In this document: positions 19,033 to 29,380 of the stretch, one piece after another
Position numbering within the stretch: position 1 is the stretch's first letter
Layout of the letters: every line of letters begins with the position of its first letter
Source of the DNA: Pseudomonadota bacterium
GTDB taxonomy: Archaea > Thermoplasmatota > SW-10-69-26 > JACQPN01 > JAJPHT01
Assembly (NCBI GenBank): GCA_021325135.1
Contig: JAJPHT010000004.1
Location: 1 to 64,000, forward strand
DNA: 64,000 nucleotides
Direction: 5' to 3'
Translations under genes and position numbers: made by a program
Notes under the pieces: generated by a model
What the model saw: the letters and a program-made list of their open reading frames with translations, nothing else
The model's database searches: none
What the model was told of the DNA's origin: nothing

Positions 19033-19449
19033 TTACAACGTCGCCCGCTCGGGCACGAACTTGTAGCCGTACTGGATGACGCCGCTCTCGCCCTCGGTGT
19101 TGATGCGCCGGAAGACGGCGTGGACGGGCGTGCCGACGCCCACCTGGTCGGGCTTGGCGTCCACGATCTGCGCCGTGACGCGGGGCCCCTCCTCCAGGCG
19201 CACGAGGGCCAGGAGGTAGGGCGCTTGGAGCTCGAAGCCGGCGGGGGGCGCGTGGACGGTGGTGACCGCCTCGACGGCGCCCTTGCCGCTGAGCTTGAAC
19301 GGCGTGAGCTTGCCGTAGCTGGCGTGGCGGCACTTGGGGCAGAGCGTCCGGCTGGGGAAGAGGACGCTGCCGCAGTTGCCGCACTTGACGCCCTTCATGG
19401 CGTAGCGCTCGTCGATCTCGCGCCAGAAGCGTGGGGTCTGCATGCTCAC
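19033..19449 (-). CDS. DUF35 Zn-ribbon/OB-fold protein (thiolase-HMGCS scaffold)
   Basis: CGNCG...FP.R..CPKC, I.YGYKF; coupled to thiolase. Confidence 0.95.
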   Translation of the reverse strand: MSMQTPRFWREIDERYAMKGVKCGNCGSVLFPSRTLCPKCRHASYGKLTPFKLSGKGAVEAVTTVHAPPAGFELQAPYLLALVRLEEGPRVTAQIVDAKPDQVGVGTPVHAVFRRINTEGESGVIQYGYKFVPERATL

Positions 19450-20627
19450 TCCCTCCCGAAGATGGACACGACGGCGGTGGCGCCGCTGCCGCCCACGTTG
19501 TGCGCGAGGCCGATGCGCGCGTCGCGCACCTGGCGCTCGCCCGCGGCGCCGCGAAGCTGGGCCACGATCTCGGCGACCTGCGCGAGGCCCGTGGCGCCCG
19601 GCGGGTGGCCGCGCGCCTTGAGGCCGCCGCTGGTGTTGACGGGCATCTCGCCCGAGAGCGAGGTGAGGCCGTTCTGCGCGGCCTTGCCGCCCGCGCCCTT
19701 CTCGTAGAGGCCCAGGTCCTCCAGCGCCATGATCTCCGCGATGGTGAACGCGTCGTGGACCTCCGCGACGTCCACGTCCGCGGGCGCGACGCCCGCCTTG
19801 CGGTAGGCGAGGTCGGCCGCGGCGCGCGTCGCCGCGAAGCTCGTGATGTCAGCCCGGTCCGCCAGGGCGAAGCGGTCCGAGGCCTGCGCGCTGGCGAGGA
19901 TGCGCACGGGCTTCGCGCTGGAGGAGGCCGCGATCTCGTCGCTGCAAAGCACGACCGCGGCCGCGCCGTCGACGTTCGCCGCGCAGTCGAGCATGCGCAG
20001 CGGGTCCGCCACCATGGGGCTGCGGAGCACCTGGTCCATGGTGATGGTGAACGGGTAGGCCGCCTTCTTGTTGCGCGCGCCCGCCTCGTGGTTCTTCACG
20101 GCGACGGCCGCGAGCATCTCCCGCGTGGTGCCGTGGCGGCGCATGTGCTCCTGCGCCATGAGGGCGTGGACGCCGGGGAAGGTCGCGCCGTAGAAGGCCT
20201 CCCACTCCTGGTCCAGCGCCGCCGCGAGGGTGTTGGTCTGCTCCTGGTCCATGACGTCGGTCATCTTCTCGACGCCGCCCACCACGACCACGTCCGCCTC
20301 GCCGCTGCGGATGGCGAGGTAGCCCTGCCGGAGCGCCACCGCGCCGGAGGCGTCGGCCGCCTCGATGCGCGTGGCCGGGATGCGGTTGTCCGCGAGGCCC
20401 GCCTCGTCCACCACCAGCGCGCCCACGTGCTCCTGCCCGATGAAGCGGCCCGCGCTCATGGAGCCCACGTAGAGGCAGTCGATGTCGTCGCCCGCGATGC
20501 CCGCGTCCTTCACGGCCGCGAGGCCCGCCTGGCCGATGAGCGTGCGGAAGGAGTCCTCCCAGAGCTCGCCGAACTTCGTGACGCCCGCCCCGAGGACGTG
20601 GACGCCGCGGCCCTTGTGCGTGCTCAC
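19446..20627 (-). CDS. Archaeal/SCP2-type thiolase-family protein (catalytic Cys replaced by Asp)
   Basis: GVTKFGE, EAADASG, GGVEKM, EVHDAF, SGGLKARGHP.GATG. Confidence 0.92.
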   Translation of the reverse strand: MSTHKGRGVHVLGAGVTKFGELWEDSFRTLIGQAGLAAVKDAGIAGDDIDCLYVGSMSAGRFIGQEHVGALVVDEAGLADNRIPATRIEAADASGAVALRQGYLAIRSGEADVVVVGGVEKMTDVMDQEQTNTLAAALDQEWEAFYGATFPGVHALMAQEHMRRHGTTREMLAAVAVKNHEAGARNKKAAYPFTITMDQVLRSPMVADPLRMLDCAANVDGAAAVVLCSDEIAASSSAKPVRILASAQASDRFALADRADITSFAATRAAADLAYRKAGVAPADVDVAEVHDAFTIAEIMALEDLGLYEKGAGGKAAQNGLTSLSGEMPVNTSGGLKARGHPPGATGLAQVAEIVAQLRGAAGERQVRDARIGLAHNVGGSGATAVVSIFGRE

Positions 20628-20935
20628 TTGTCGTCACCGATATCAAAATCCACGCCCGCGAGCGGCGGGAGCTTCCTGGGCGCGGCGTTGTTCGGCTCGG
20701 GGATGGCGTCCGCGTGGACGGGCGGCGCGGCGACGCGCTCGGGCTGCGGCATCTGGAGCGCGCTCACGTGGCGCGGGTCCATGCCCATCCGGGCGAGGTG
20801 CTCGCGGCGCGCGTCCACCATGGCGCGGCCTTCCGCGAAGAAGGCGCCCTTGGAGAGGACGGCGTCGTGGGGCTCGGGAGTCTTGGGGCCCTTCTTGGGG
20901 GCCGGGAACGGGACGTTGGGAGTGAACTCGGTCAG
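20624..20935 (-). CDS. Putative 103-aa hypothetical protein inside the HMGCS-thiolase operon
   Basis: CTG start overlapping HMGCS stop (CTGA), GGGGG 7 nt upstream, stop overlaps thiolase GTG (GTGA); fills the gap exactly. Confidence 0.65.
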   Translation of the reverse strand: MTEFTPNVPFPAPKKGPKTPEPHDAVLSKGAFFAEGRAMVDARREHLARMGMDPRHVSALQMPQPERVAAPPVHADAIPEPNNAAPRKLPPLAGVDFDIGDDK

Positions 20936-21996
20936 GCGGAGGCCCCCTTCTGGATCTTTCCACGGTACTTGGCGTAGGTGGCGTAGTCGACGTACTCCTT
21001 GTCGGCCACGAGGTCCTGCACGGTGGGCGTGCGGGCGCGGTCGAGGCGCGAGATGGCGTCGGTGACGGTGATGTCGAAGGCGTCGGCGCCGGCGCCGCTG
21101 CCGTAGGCGCACAGGAAGATGCGGTCGCCCGGCGCGGCCTCGTCGAGGATGGCGCACAGGCCCAGCACGCTGGAGCCCGAGTAGGTGTTGCCGATGATGG
21201 GCGTCAGCAGGCCGGTCTTGTACTGCTCGCTGGTGAAGCCCATCTTCTCGCAGATGCGCACGGGGAACTTGCCGTTGGGCTGGTGGACCACCGCGTAGCG
21301 GTAGTCCTTCGCGCTGGTGCCAGCCTTCCGAAAGAGCCCCTCGCTGGCCTCGCGGACGTGGCGGAAGTAGGCGGGCTCGCCGGTGAAGCGGCCGCCGTGC
21401 GTGGGGTAGCGCTGCCCCTCGCGGCGCCAGAAGTCGGGCGTGTCGGTGGTGTACGAGGTCGTGTGGTCGATGCGCGCGACGACGTCCTTGGTGCCGATGA
21501 CGAAGGCGGCCGCGCCCGCGCTGGCGGAGTACTCCAGCGCGTCGCCGGGCGCCCCCTGGGAGGTGTCCGCGCCGATGGCCAGCGCGTTCTGGATGTAGCC
21601 CGCCTTCACGAGCCCCATGGCGGCCTGCATCGCGGCGGTGCCCGCCTTGCAGGCGAACTCGAAGTCCGCGGCCGTCATGCGCGGGTCGCAGTCGATGGCC
21701 TCGCTCACGATGGTGGCCGTGGGCTTCACCGCGTAGACGTGGCTCTCGGAGCCCACGTAGATGGCGCCGATGGTGGCGGGGTCGACGCGCCCGCGCGCGA
21801 GGGCCTGCCGCGCGGCGTCCACCGAGAGGGTGGTGGTGTCCTGGTCGGGCGAGGGGACGGACTTCTCGAAGACGCCCAGCCCCTTCTTGATGCTCTCGGG
21901 ATCCTCGCCCCACACCCGCGCGATCTCCTCGCTGCGGATGCGGTAGCGGGGGATCGACGCTCCGTAGGAGACGATCCCCACCACGGGGTCCGACAT
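20932..21996 (-). CDS. Hydroxymethylglutaryl-CoA synthase (archaeal)
   Basis: [46 protein letters not shown]. Confidence 0.96.
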   Translation of the reverse strand: MSDPVVGIVSYGASIPRYRIRSEEIARVWGEDPESIKKGLGVFEKSVPSPDQDTTTLSVDAARQALARGRVDPATIGAIYVGSESHVYAVKPTATIVSEAIDCDPRMTAADFEFACKAGTAAMQAAMGLVKAGYIQNALAIGADTSQGAPGDALEYSASAGAAAFVIGTKDVVARIDHTTSYTTDTPDFWRREGQRYPTHGGRFTGEPAYFRHVREASEGLFRKAGTSAKDYRYAVVHQPNGKFPVRICEKMGFTSEQYKTGLLTPIIGNTYSGSSVLGLCAILDEAAPGDRIFLCAYGSGAGADAFDITVTDAISRLDRARTPTVQDLVADKEYVDYATYAKYRGKIQKGASA

Positions 21997-22074
21997 GCGC
22001 GGCGCTACGCCCGTCCCGGTATTATAGATGACGGGACCGATGTCGCGTTGCATCGGCAAGCGTCGACATCCAGC

Positions 22075-22821
22075 CTACGGGGGCGGCTTGAGCGACATGC
22101 GCCCCGGGGGGCTCTCCGGGAGGGGCGCGCGGACGCCCTCCGCGGGGGGCTGCCCGGGGGGCGCGGCGCGCCGCCGCAGGAGGGCCCACGCGCCGGCCGC
22201 GCCCGCCGCGACCAGGAGGGCGCCGCCCGCCACGTAGGGGAGCGCGTGCGCGAGGGCGGGAGGGAGGAGGGCCCGCTGCACCGCGTAGCCGTCCAGCGCG
22301 CGGGTGCCGTCCGCCTCCTTCCAGCCGTTGCCGGGCGTGTAGACGATGGTGGAGGCGCCCACGTTCTGGAGCACCGAGCCGGGGCCAAGCCCGGGGACGC
22401 TGGCGTAGGGGATGCGCGCGGTGTAGGAGCCGGGCTTTCCGGTCTTCGCCGAGACGCGGTCGAGGCCGCCCTGCATCTTCTCGGGGGAGTTGCTGGCCGC
22501 GAACTGCTGCGTGGTGCGCAGGCTCGTCGCGAGCTTGCCCGACGAGGTGACGGCGACCATGGCGATCCAGCGCGCGCCGTTGAAGTCGAACCCGATGGCC
22601 ATGCCGTGGTCGGGCGTGAGGTTGTCCATCTCGCGGACCTTGAACGTGAAGACGACGCCCGAGGGGTCGGGCTCGAACCAGGCGGCGAGGAAGTCCAGGT
22701 CGGGGCTGGACGTGGCGTCCGCCGTGTCCGTGATGTCGGGGTTCGCCTCGTCGCCCGCCTGCGCGAGGGGCAGCAGGAGCGCGCTCGCGAGGACGATGGC
22801 CCAAGCCGTCTGAAGCCTCAC
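22075..22821 (-). CDS. Secreted protein with C-terminal membrane anchor
   Basis: Signal peptide, PDITD...D...DLD...AWF motif, C-terminal TM plus RRR. Confidence 0.7.
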   Translation of the reverse strand: MRLQTAWAIVLASALLLPLAQAGDEANPDITDTADATSSPDLDFLAAWFEPDPSGVVFTFKVREMDNLTPDHGMAIGFDFNGARWIAMVAVTSSGKLATSLRTTQQFAASNSPEKMQGGLDRVSAKTGKPGSYTARIPYASVPGLGPGSVLQNVGASTIVYTPGNGWKEADGTRALDGYAVQRALLPPALAHALPYVAGGALLVAAGAAGAWALLRRRAAPPGQPPAEGVRAPLPESPPGRMSLKPPP

Positions 22822-22868
22822 GAGGGCCGGAGGCGCCCGGCCCGGAGAAAAGCGTTGTGGAGCCGGGG

Positions 22869-23561
22869 TCACCCGATGTCGCGCAGCACTTCGATCATCT
22901 TGTCCAGCGGCATGCGCGTGACCACCAGGGGGATCGTCTCGGTCTTGGCGAGGCGCAGGGCGAGGTCGTCCATCTTCTCGGGGCGGTGGTAGACGATGAG
23001 GGCCGGCTTCATGGGGTGGACGCGGATGGCGACCATGGGGCTGCGGCCGGTGCTGATGCCGGTGAAGATGAGCGCGCGCTCGCTGGTCCACCCGTAGATC
23101 TTCATGTACTCGAAGGCGGTGAGCGAGGTGATCGCCTTCACGGAGTCGATGATGGTGTAGCCCTTGAGCTCGTGGTGGAGGTTCTCCTCGTTGGCCAGCG
23201 TCTCGCCCTCGATGGCCTGGACGAACTTCGTCATGGGCACGGGGATGAGAAGCTCGCGGATGTCCAGGATCGCCTCGTTGGTCTCCATCATCGACTGGTA
23301 GTTGCGCAGGACGCGGTTGCCTCGCTCCTCGTCGATGGCCAGCAGCCCCTTGACGATGCGCTGGACGGTCAAGGTGCCCGGGCTCTTGCGGCGGCCGGAC
23401 TCGTAGTCGCTGATGACCGAGGGGGAGACGCCCAGGAACTCGGCGAGCTCCGTCTGGGAGGCCTGGAAGATCTCCCGCCACTTGCGGATGGTGGGGCCGG
23501 GCTCGCGCGAGAGGGTGATCTCGCCGGCCATCTTCTCGGCCATCCTGTCCTTGATCGTCAC
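22869..23561 (-). CDS. Archaeal XRE-HTH transcriptional regulator (COG1709-like)
   Basis: AGEITLS..PG.TIRKWRE.F...Q.ELA..LGVSPSVISDYESGRRKSPG; GRSPMVAIRV. Confidence 0.9.
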   Translation of the reverse strand: MTIKDRMAEKMAGEITLSREPGPTIRKWREIFQASQTELAEFLGVSPSVISDYESGRRKSPGTLTVQRIVKGLLAIDEERGNRVLRNYQSMMETNEAILDIRELLIPVPMTKFVQAIEGETLANEENLHHELKGYTIIDSVKAITSLTAFEYMKIYGWTSERALIFTGISTGRSPMVAIRVHPMKPALIVYHRPEKMDDLALRLAKTETIPLVVTRMPLDKMIEVLRDIG

Positions 23562-23729
23562 GCGCGCCCATCGGCGCGTGCCGATAAAAAGCTGCCGTGA
23601 GTGGCTTCGGGGGTTGCCGTAGGCGCGGTGGTCGCGCGCGTGGTGCGCGGGGGCGCGCCCCCGCGCACCACACGCGCGCGACCACCAAGGAAGCGAACGT
23701 TGAAGCGAGACCCAGGGTTCGGCGTGCCC

Positions 23730-24995
23730 ATGCCGGTGGCGATGGGGCGTGGCGCCTACGTGCGCATGCTCGCCGCCGTCTACGCCGCGCTCTTCCTTAT
23801 CCGCATCGCGTTCGGCGTCGTTCTGGTCACGTTCCCCAAGTACGTGCCCGGCGGCTCCGACACGCTGGGCTGGCTCTCCGCGGCCTCGCCCCTGCTGGAG
23901 CTGATCACCATCTTCTTCGCGCCCGTGTTCATCGCGCGCTACGGCCGCAAGGGCATCCTCCTCACCGGCCTCGCCCTGGGCGCCGTCGCGCTCTACGGGC
24001 TCGCCCTCACGCGCGCGCCGCTCCTCCTGGGCGCCATCTACGCGGTGCACGGCGTCGCGTCGGGATTCATCCTCGTCACGACGCTGGCCGTCATCGCGAA
24101 GTACGCGCAGCCCCAGCACCGCGGCCGCGAGATGGGCATCTTCAACTTCGTCAACATCTTTGGCCTCGTGGGCGGCATCGTCGTGGGCTTCCTCCTCTCG
24201 GAGGCGTTCCGCGACGACCTGGAGTACACGTTCGTCATCGCGGGCGCCCTGGCCACGCTGGGGCTCCTCTACGCGAACCGCGTCATCCAGCTCCCCCCCG
24301 ACGAGGAGGACGTCGCCGCGCGGGAGCGCCCCCGCTTCCGCGCCGCGGTGCGCAGCATGACCAACGGCCGCATCCTCCTCCTCACGCTGCCCTGGCTCAT
24401 CGTGTGGACCCTCGTCGCGGCGTTCCTCACCTTCTTCCCGCGCATCACCGACACGCTCCAGATCGGCGGCGTGCGCACCGCGCTCTCCGTCCTCGCCGTG
24501 GGTGCGCTCCTCGTCTTCGCGATGCTCCTGTGGGGCTGGCTCGCGGACCGCTTGGGCCACGACGTCGTCATGCTCGTGGGCGCTGTCGGGCTGGCGCTCC
24601 TCATGGGCACCGTCGTCTACGCCTTCTTCGCCACGCAGAGCACCGATCCCAAGGTGGTCTTCGACGCCGTGATGGGGCACCGCGTCCTCATCGCCGTCTT
24701 CCTCTTCGCCGCCCTCGCGTTCGCGCCCGCGGGGCTCGCCGCCATCGCGGACCAGGCGCAGGGCGAGGCGCAGGGCGGCGCCATGAGCGCCTACGCCCTC
24801 ACGCTCTCCCTGGGCTTCATCGTCGGGCCCCCCGTCGTGGGCGAGATCGCGACGCTGGACGCGAGCTACTCCATGGGGGGCCGCCTCATCGTCCTCTTCT
24901 ACGCCGCGCTCGCGCTGGCCATCCTGGCGCTGGTCGCGGCCCACTACGCGCGCCGCCGCGGCGCGCCCGCGACGCCCGAGGTCGTGCACCCATGA
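23730..24995 (+). CDS. MFS transporter
   Basis: About 12 TM; RYGRK and GWLADRLG motif-A loops. Confidence 0.9.
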   Translation: MPVAMGRGAYVRMLAAVYAALFLIRIAFGVVLVTFPKYVPGGSDTLGWLSAASPLLELITIFFAPVFIARYGRKGILLTGLALGAVALYGLALTRAPLLLGAIYAVHGVASGFILVTTLAVIAKYAQPQHRGREMGIFNFVNIFGLVGGIVVGFLLSEAFRDDLEYTFVIAGALATLGLLYANRVIQLPPDEEDVAARERPRFRAAVRSMTNGRILLLTLPWLIVWTLVAAFLTFFPRITDTLQIGGVRTALSVLAVGALLVFAMLLWGWLADRLGHDVVMLVGAVGLALLMGTVVYAFFATQSTDPKVVFDAVMGHRVLIAVFLFAALAFAPAGLAAIADQAQGEAQGGAMSAYALTLSLGFIVGPPVVGEIATLDASYSMGGRLIVLFYAALALAILALVAAHYARRRGAPATPEVVHP

Positions 24996-26002
24996 GCGCC
25001 ATCATCGAGGCCAAGGACCTGCGCATGTGGTTCGGCAAGCCCGAGCAGAAGGACTCCAAGGGGAAGCCCAAAGGGGTCAAGGCCGTCGACGGCATCGACC
25101 TCTCCATCCGCAAGGGCGAGATCTTCGGCCTCCTGGGCCCCAACGGCGCGGGGAAGACGACCACGCTCTCGATGCTCGTCACCATCAAGCGCCCCACGGG
25201 CGGCTGGGCGCGCGTCGCGGGCTTCGACGTCGCCAAGGACCCCGACGAGGTGCGGCGCCACGTGGGCATCGTCTTCCAGGAGCCCAGCCTCGACACGCTC
25301 CTCTCCGCCCGCGAGAACCTCCTCCTCCACGGCCGCCTCTACGGCGTCCCGCCCCGCGAGCTTCCCGGCCGCGCCAAGGAGATGCTGGAGCTGGTCGGCC
25401 TCGCGGACCGCGCGGACGACCTCGTGAAGAAGTACAGCGGCGGCATGAAGCGCCGCCTGGAGATCGCGCGCGGCCTCTTCCACCGCCCCGAGGTGATCTT
25501 CCTCGACGAGCCCACCCTGGGCCTCGATCCCGCGACGCGCGAGCACATCTGGGACTACATCCGCAAGCTGCGCGACACGATGGGCACCACCGTCGTCCTC
25601 ACGACGCACTACATGGAGGAGGCGGACTCGCTCTGCGACCGCATCGCCATCATCGACAAGGGGAAGATCGCGACCCTGGGCACGCCCCGCGAGCTGAAGG
25701 CGGAGCTTGGCGGCGACCTCGTGACGCTCCAGGGCGCGCGCAAGGCGCGCAAGGCCGTGGAGGCGCTCCCCTTCGTGAAGAAGGTCGAGGAGAAGGGCGA
25801 CGCCCTCATCCTCACCGTGGAGAACGCGGGGCACAACCTCCCCAAGATCCTCGCCGCCGCGGGCCAGGTGGAGAGCGTCGAGGTGCGCACGCCGCGCCTG
25901 GAGGACGTGTTCCTCCACCACACCGGCCGCGGCCTGCGCGAGGAGGGGGGCGAGGACTGGTTCGACCAGTACGCCAACATGGCGTCCCGGGGGCAGGGCT
26001 GA
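24992..26002 (+). CDS. DrrA-type ABC exporter ATP-binding protein
   Basis: GPNGAGKTT, YSGGMKRRLE, LDEPT, TTHYMEEA. Confidence 0.95.
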   Translation: MSAIIEAKDLRMWFGKPEQKDSKGKPKGVKAVDGIDLSIRKGEIFGLLGPNGAGKTTTLSMLVTIKRPTGGWARVAGFDVAKDPDEVRRHVGIVFQEPSLDTLLSARENLLLHGRLYGVPPRELPGRAKEMLELVGLADRADDLVKKYSGGMKRRLEIARGLFHRPEVIFLDEPTLGLDPATREHIWDYIRKLRDTMGTTVVLTTHYMEEADSLCDRIAIIDKGKIATLGTPRELKAELGGDLVTLQGARKARKAVEALPFVKKVEEKGDALILTVENAGHNLPKILAAAGQVESVEVRTPRLEDVFLHHTGRGLREEGGEDWFDQYANMASRGQG

Positions 26003-26066
26003 CCGACGACGTGAATCCGTTTGGACAGGGGAAACTTTTTCACCCCGGGTCGCGTCGGAGGCGCCG

Positions 26067-27797
26067 ATGGTTGTGCGAGTCCCAGCCCTGCTTATCCTGG
26101 CCTCTTTGCTTCTCCTCAACGTCGTCGTCGCCACCCCGGATGGCCCCGCCGACGCCACCCTGACCATCGTCTCGGGCACAAGCGGCGGCTACGGCTGGTA
26201 CCGCACGCCCGTCGGGATGGACTTCAACGCCCACGGCCGCGTCGCCAACGGATCGTACGCTCCCATCCAGTCCCTGGACGTCGTGCGCGACGGCGCCGCG
26301 CATGGCCACGCCACGTACGTGGACGAGTTCGAGACGGCGGCCGCCTGGAACGGCTCCAGCCTCCAGGGCGCTGCGGACCCCACGCTTCACGCGGACGGCA
26401 CGCTCGTCCAGCAGGGCTTCGCCTCCCTCAACGTGACCGCCGTGCAGCCCGCCGACGCTCACGACCACCAGGCGAAGGTCACCCGGGCCGCGAGCCTCAA
26501 CCTCTCTGCCTACGACACTGCCAAGCTGGCCATCCGCTACGACACGTCCCACTCGGGCTACCTCGTGGGCGGCGTCTACGTCGGCCGCGACGGCAACGTG
26601 ACCCTGAAGCTCTTCGACGGCGCGCAGACCACGCTCAGCCAGACCATCGAGCTCTCGCCGGGCGTCTGGAACCAGGTCACGCTGAACCTCTCGGCCATGA
26701 CCTCGCCCAACGTGACCGCCATCGAGGTGGACATCGACTCCCCCCGCGCCACCTACGCGCTCACCTCCTCCGAGACGCAGTGGTTCAACCTCGACGGCTT
26801 CCGCGCCTTCGCCAAGGCGGACCTCGTGGAGTCCTCCGAGGGCGACCACCTCTGGCACGTCCGCGTGAACGACTCCGCGGGCTCCACCGACGCGGCGGAC
26901 GTCCACGTCCGCGTCGACATGACGGCCCCCACCACCAATGCCAGCATCAACGGCACGCTGGGCCAGAACGGCTGGTACGTCAGCTCCACCAAGGTCCTCT
27001 TCAACGGCTCCGACGCCCTCAGCGGCTACCAGAGCACCCGCTGCACGATCAATGGCGGCTCGCTCATGAACTGCCCCGGCTACGTCCTCATCCCCGCCTC
27101 CGACGGCGCCTACACCGTTTCGTACTGGGGCTACGACTACGCGGGCAACCAGGAAACGCACCAGTCCATCGTCGTGCGCCAAGACCGGAACGCGCCCAAC
27201 TTCGGCTACACGCGCACCTCCACGGGCACGTGCTTCCCCAACGGCTGGTGCAACGGCAACGTCACCCTGGCCATCAGCGCGAGCGACGGAGCCAGCGGCC
27301 TCGCGAACGTTTCGTACCGCGTCAATGGAGGCGCCTGGACGACCACCGCCAACGGCACCACCACCCTCTCGTTCGCCACCGACGGCTGGTACAACGTCGA
27401 AGGATACGCCGTGGACAACGCGGGGAACGCGCTTTCCACGCGCACGTACAGCTTCGGCGTCGACAAGACGCGCCCGGTGGTCGACTCGTACTCGCCCAAC
27501 GCCACGGCGTGCCCCTCGGACATCGTCGCGGCGCTCTACCACGACGCGACGAGCGGCGTCGACGCGAACGGCACGACCCTGCGCGTCGAGCAGCACGTCG
27601 GCACCGCGCCGGCGGACCGCTGGGTCGACGTGACCTCCGCGGGAACGATCCACAAGGACGGATCGTCGATTACGTGGACCTCCACCGGGCCCATGGCCGT
27701 GGGCGACTACCGCGCGACGGTCAACGTGCAGGACAACGCGGCGAACGTCGCGGCGCTCCAGTGGGGCTTCACCGTCGGGCTCTACTCGTACTGCTGA
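26067..27797 (+). CDS. Secreted Ig-like/beta-sandwich repeat protein
   Basis: Signal peptide; repeated D..AP...NGW...D..SG...D.AGN units; many N-x-S/T sequons. Confidence 0.8.
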   Translation: MVVRVPALLILASLLLLNVVVATPDGPADATLTIVSGTSGGYGWYRTPVGMDFNAHGRVANGSYAPIQSLDVVRDGAAHGHATYVDEFETAAAWNGSSLQGAADPTLHADGTLVQQGFASLNVTAVQPADAHDHQAKVTRAASLNLSAYDTAKLAIRYDTSHSGYLVGGVYVGRDGNVTLKLFDGAQTTLSQTIELSPGVWNQVTLNLSAMTSPNVTAIEVDIDSPRATYALTSSETQWFNLDGFRAFAKADLVESSEGDHLWHVRVNDSAGSTDAADVHVRVDMTAPTTNASINGTLGQNGWYVSSTKVLFNGSDALSGYQSTRCTINGGSLMNCPGYVLIPASDGAYTVSYWGYDYAGNQETHQSIVVRQDRNAPNFGYTRTSTGTCFPNGWCNGNVTLAISASDGASGLANVSYRVNGGAWTTTANGTTTLSFATDGWYNVEGYAVDNAGNALSTRTYSFGVDKTRPVVDSYSPNATACPSDIVAALYHDATSGVDANGTTLRVEQHVGTAPADRWVDVTSAGTIHKDGSSITWTSTGPMAVGDYRATVNVQDNAANVAALQWGFTVGLYSYC

Positions 27798-27858
27798 ACC
27801 GGGCCACGGGGGGCGGGGACCCGCGACCTTCATAGGCCGCCCCCGCCTCCCCTGGCCA

Positions 27859-28620
27859 ATGGGCCACGAAGGGCAGGCGATGTACGCGCTCTGGCTGCGC
27901 GAGATGAAGGTCTTCCTGCGGGAGAAGCCGCGCATCGTGAGCGCCATCGTCACGCCGCTCCTGCTCATCGGCGCCATCGGCACGGGCTTCGCCGCCACGA
28001 CGCAGTTCATCGACCCGCGCTATCAGGGCATCTCCTACGAGTCGTTCATGTTCCCCGGCGTCCTCGCCATGGGCGTCCTCTTCGGCACCGTGTTCTACGG
28101 GCTCAACATCGTCTGGGACAAGCGCCTCGACGTGCTCAAGGAGGTGCTCGTGGCGCCCGTCTCGCGCACGACGATCTTCTTCGGCAAGGTCATCGGCGGC
28201 AGCACGCAGGCCGTCGCGCAGAGCGCCATCCTCCTCGTGGCGGGCCTCTTCCTGTTCCACACCTCGCTCGCGGGCTCGCTCCTCGCCCTCCTCTTCGCGC
28301 TGCTCCTGGCCATCCTCTTCGTGAGCATCGGCCTCTTCCTGGGCAGCTTCTTCGAGAGCTTCGAAGGCTTCCAGCTCATCGTGAGCTTCGTCGTCTTCCC
28401 GCTCTTCTTCCTCTCGGGCGCGCTCTACCCCGTGGAGAACCTGCCCACCTGGCTCACGGTCGTCACGCGGCTCAACCCCGCGACCTACGCCGTGGACGGC
28501 CTGCGCGGCGCGCTCCTGGGCCCCACCGCGTTCGGCTACGCCACCGACGCGGCCGTGCTCCTGGGCTTCGGGCTCGCCTTCCTCGCGGCGGGCACGTGGG
28601 CGTTCAAGCGCATGACCTGA
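27859..28620 (+). CDS. ABC-2 type permease (DrrB-like)
   Basis: LKEVLVAPVSR, FPLFFLSGALYP, NP.TYAVDGLR. Confidence 0.94.
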   Translation: MGHEGQAMYALWLREMKVFLREKPRIVSAIVTPLLLIGAIGTGFAATTQFIDPRYQGISYESFMFPGVLAMGVLFGTVFYGLNIVWDKRLDVLKEVLVAPVSRTTIFFGKVIGGSTQAVAQSAILLVAGLFLFHTSLAGSLLALLFALLLAILFVSIGLFLGSFFESFEGFQLIVSFVVFPLFFLSGALYPVENLPTWLTVVTRLNPATYAVDGLRGALLGPTAFGYATDAAVLLGFGLAFLAAGTWAFKRMT

Positions 28621-28722
28621 TCCGCCGCGCGTGCCCTCCTGGGCCGGCTCGCCGAACGCCGGCATCCAGCCGTTCGTCGAATGGGCGGCAACCGGGAAAC
28701 GCGGCTTCGGCCACGGAAGCGC

Positions 28723-28944
28723 ATGGTCCGCCGCGAGCCCCGACCGTTCGCGACCCTCGGCATGGTCCTCCTCGTGGCGATCCTCGTCGCGGGGTGCGCC
28801 TCCACGCAGGAGAGCGTCGCGCCCAACACGACCGCGAACGGATCGGGCAACCTCAGCAATTCGACGAACGAGACGCCCACGTCGCCCTTCCCGGGGTTCA
28901 ACACGACGGCGGGAAGCGGCCAGACGCCGGTCGTGGGGCCCTGA
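28723..28944 (+). CDS. Small Ser/Thr/Asn-rich lipoprotein
   Basis: ILVAGC lipobox; several N-x-S/T sequons. Confidence 0.6.
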   Translation: MVRREPRPFATLGMVLLVAILVAGCASTQESVAPNTTANGSGNLSNSTNETPTSPFPGFNTTAGSGQTPVVGP

Positions 28945-29307
28945 TCAGCGCCGCGCGGCGTACGCCTTCCGGATGAACTCCTGCACGTGCCCGTCCAGGG
29001 CGTCGGAGGAGTCCAGCGCCACGTAGCGGTCGACGCCGCGGCGCAGCAGGCGTCCCATGGGGTCCTCCAGCGGCACGTCCTCGGGGAACGCCAACGTGGG
29101 CGGCCCGCGCGCCGAGCGCACCGACACGAAGGGGCGGGTCCGGCGAAGGTACGCGACCTCGCCGCTCTCCACCCGCTCGACGACGTCGGGGCCCAGCGAA
29201 AGCGCCAGCGCGCGCACGGCGAGGAACGCCATGCGCGGCTCGGGGCGCATCCGCTGGAGGAATCCCGTGAGGCGCGCATGCTCCGCGCGCACGTCCTGCT
29301 CGCTCAC
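28945..29307 (-). CDS. DUF5655/DUF1801-like protein
   Basis: LGPDV.E......Y, LEDP.G.L, I.KAY pattern. Confidence 0.6.
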   Translation of the reverse strand: MSEQDVRAEHARLTGFLQRMRPEPRMAFLAVRALALSLGPDVVERVESGEVAYLRRTRPFVSVRSARGPPTLAFPEDVPLEDPMGRLLRRGVDRYVALDSSDALDGHVQEFIRKAYAARR

Positions 29308-29380
29308 CGGGCGCAGGATATGGGACGTTCCTGCGGTGAAGGCTTGTGGTACGGGAATGAGGGGGAAATGGGAGGTTCAG

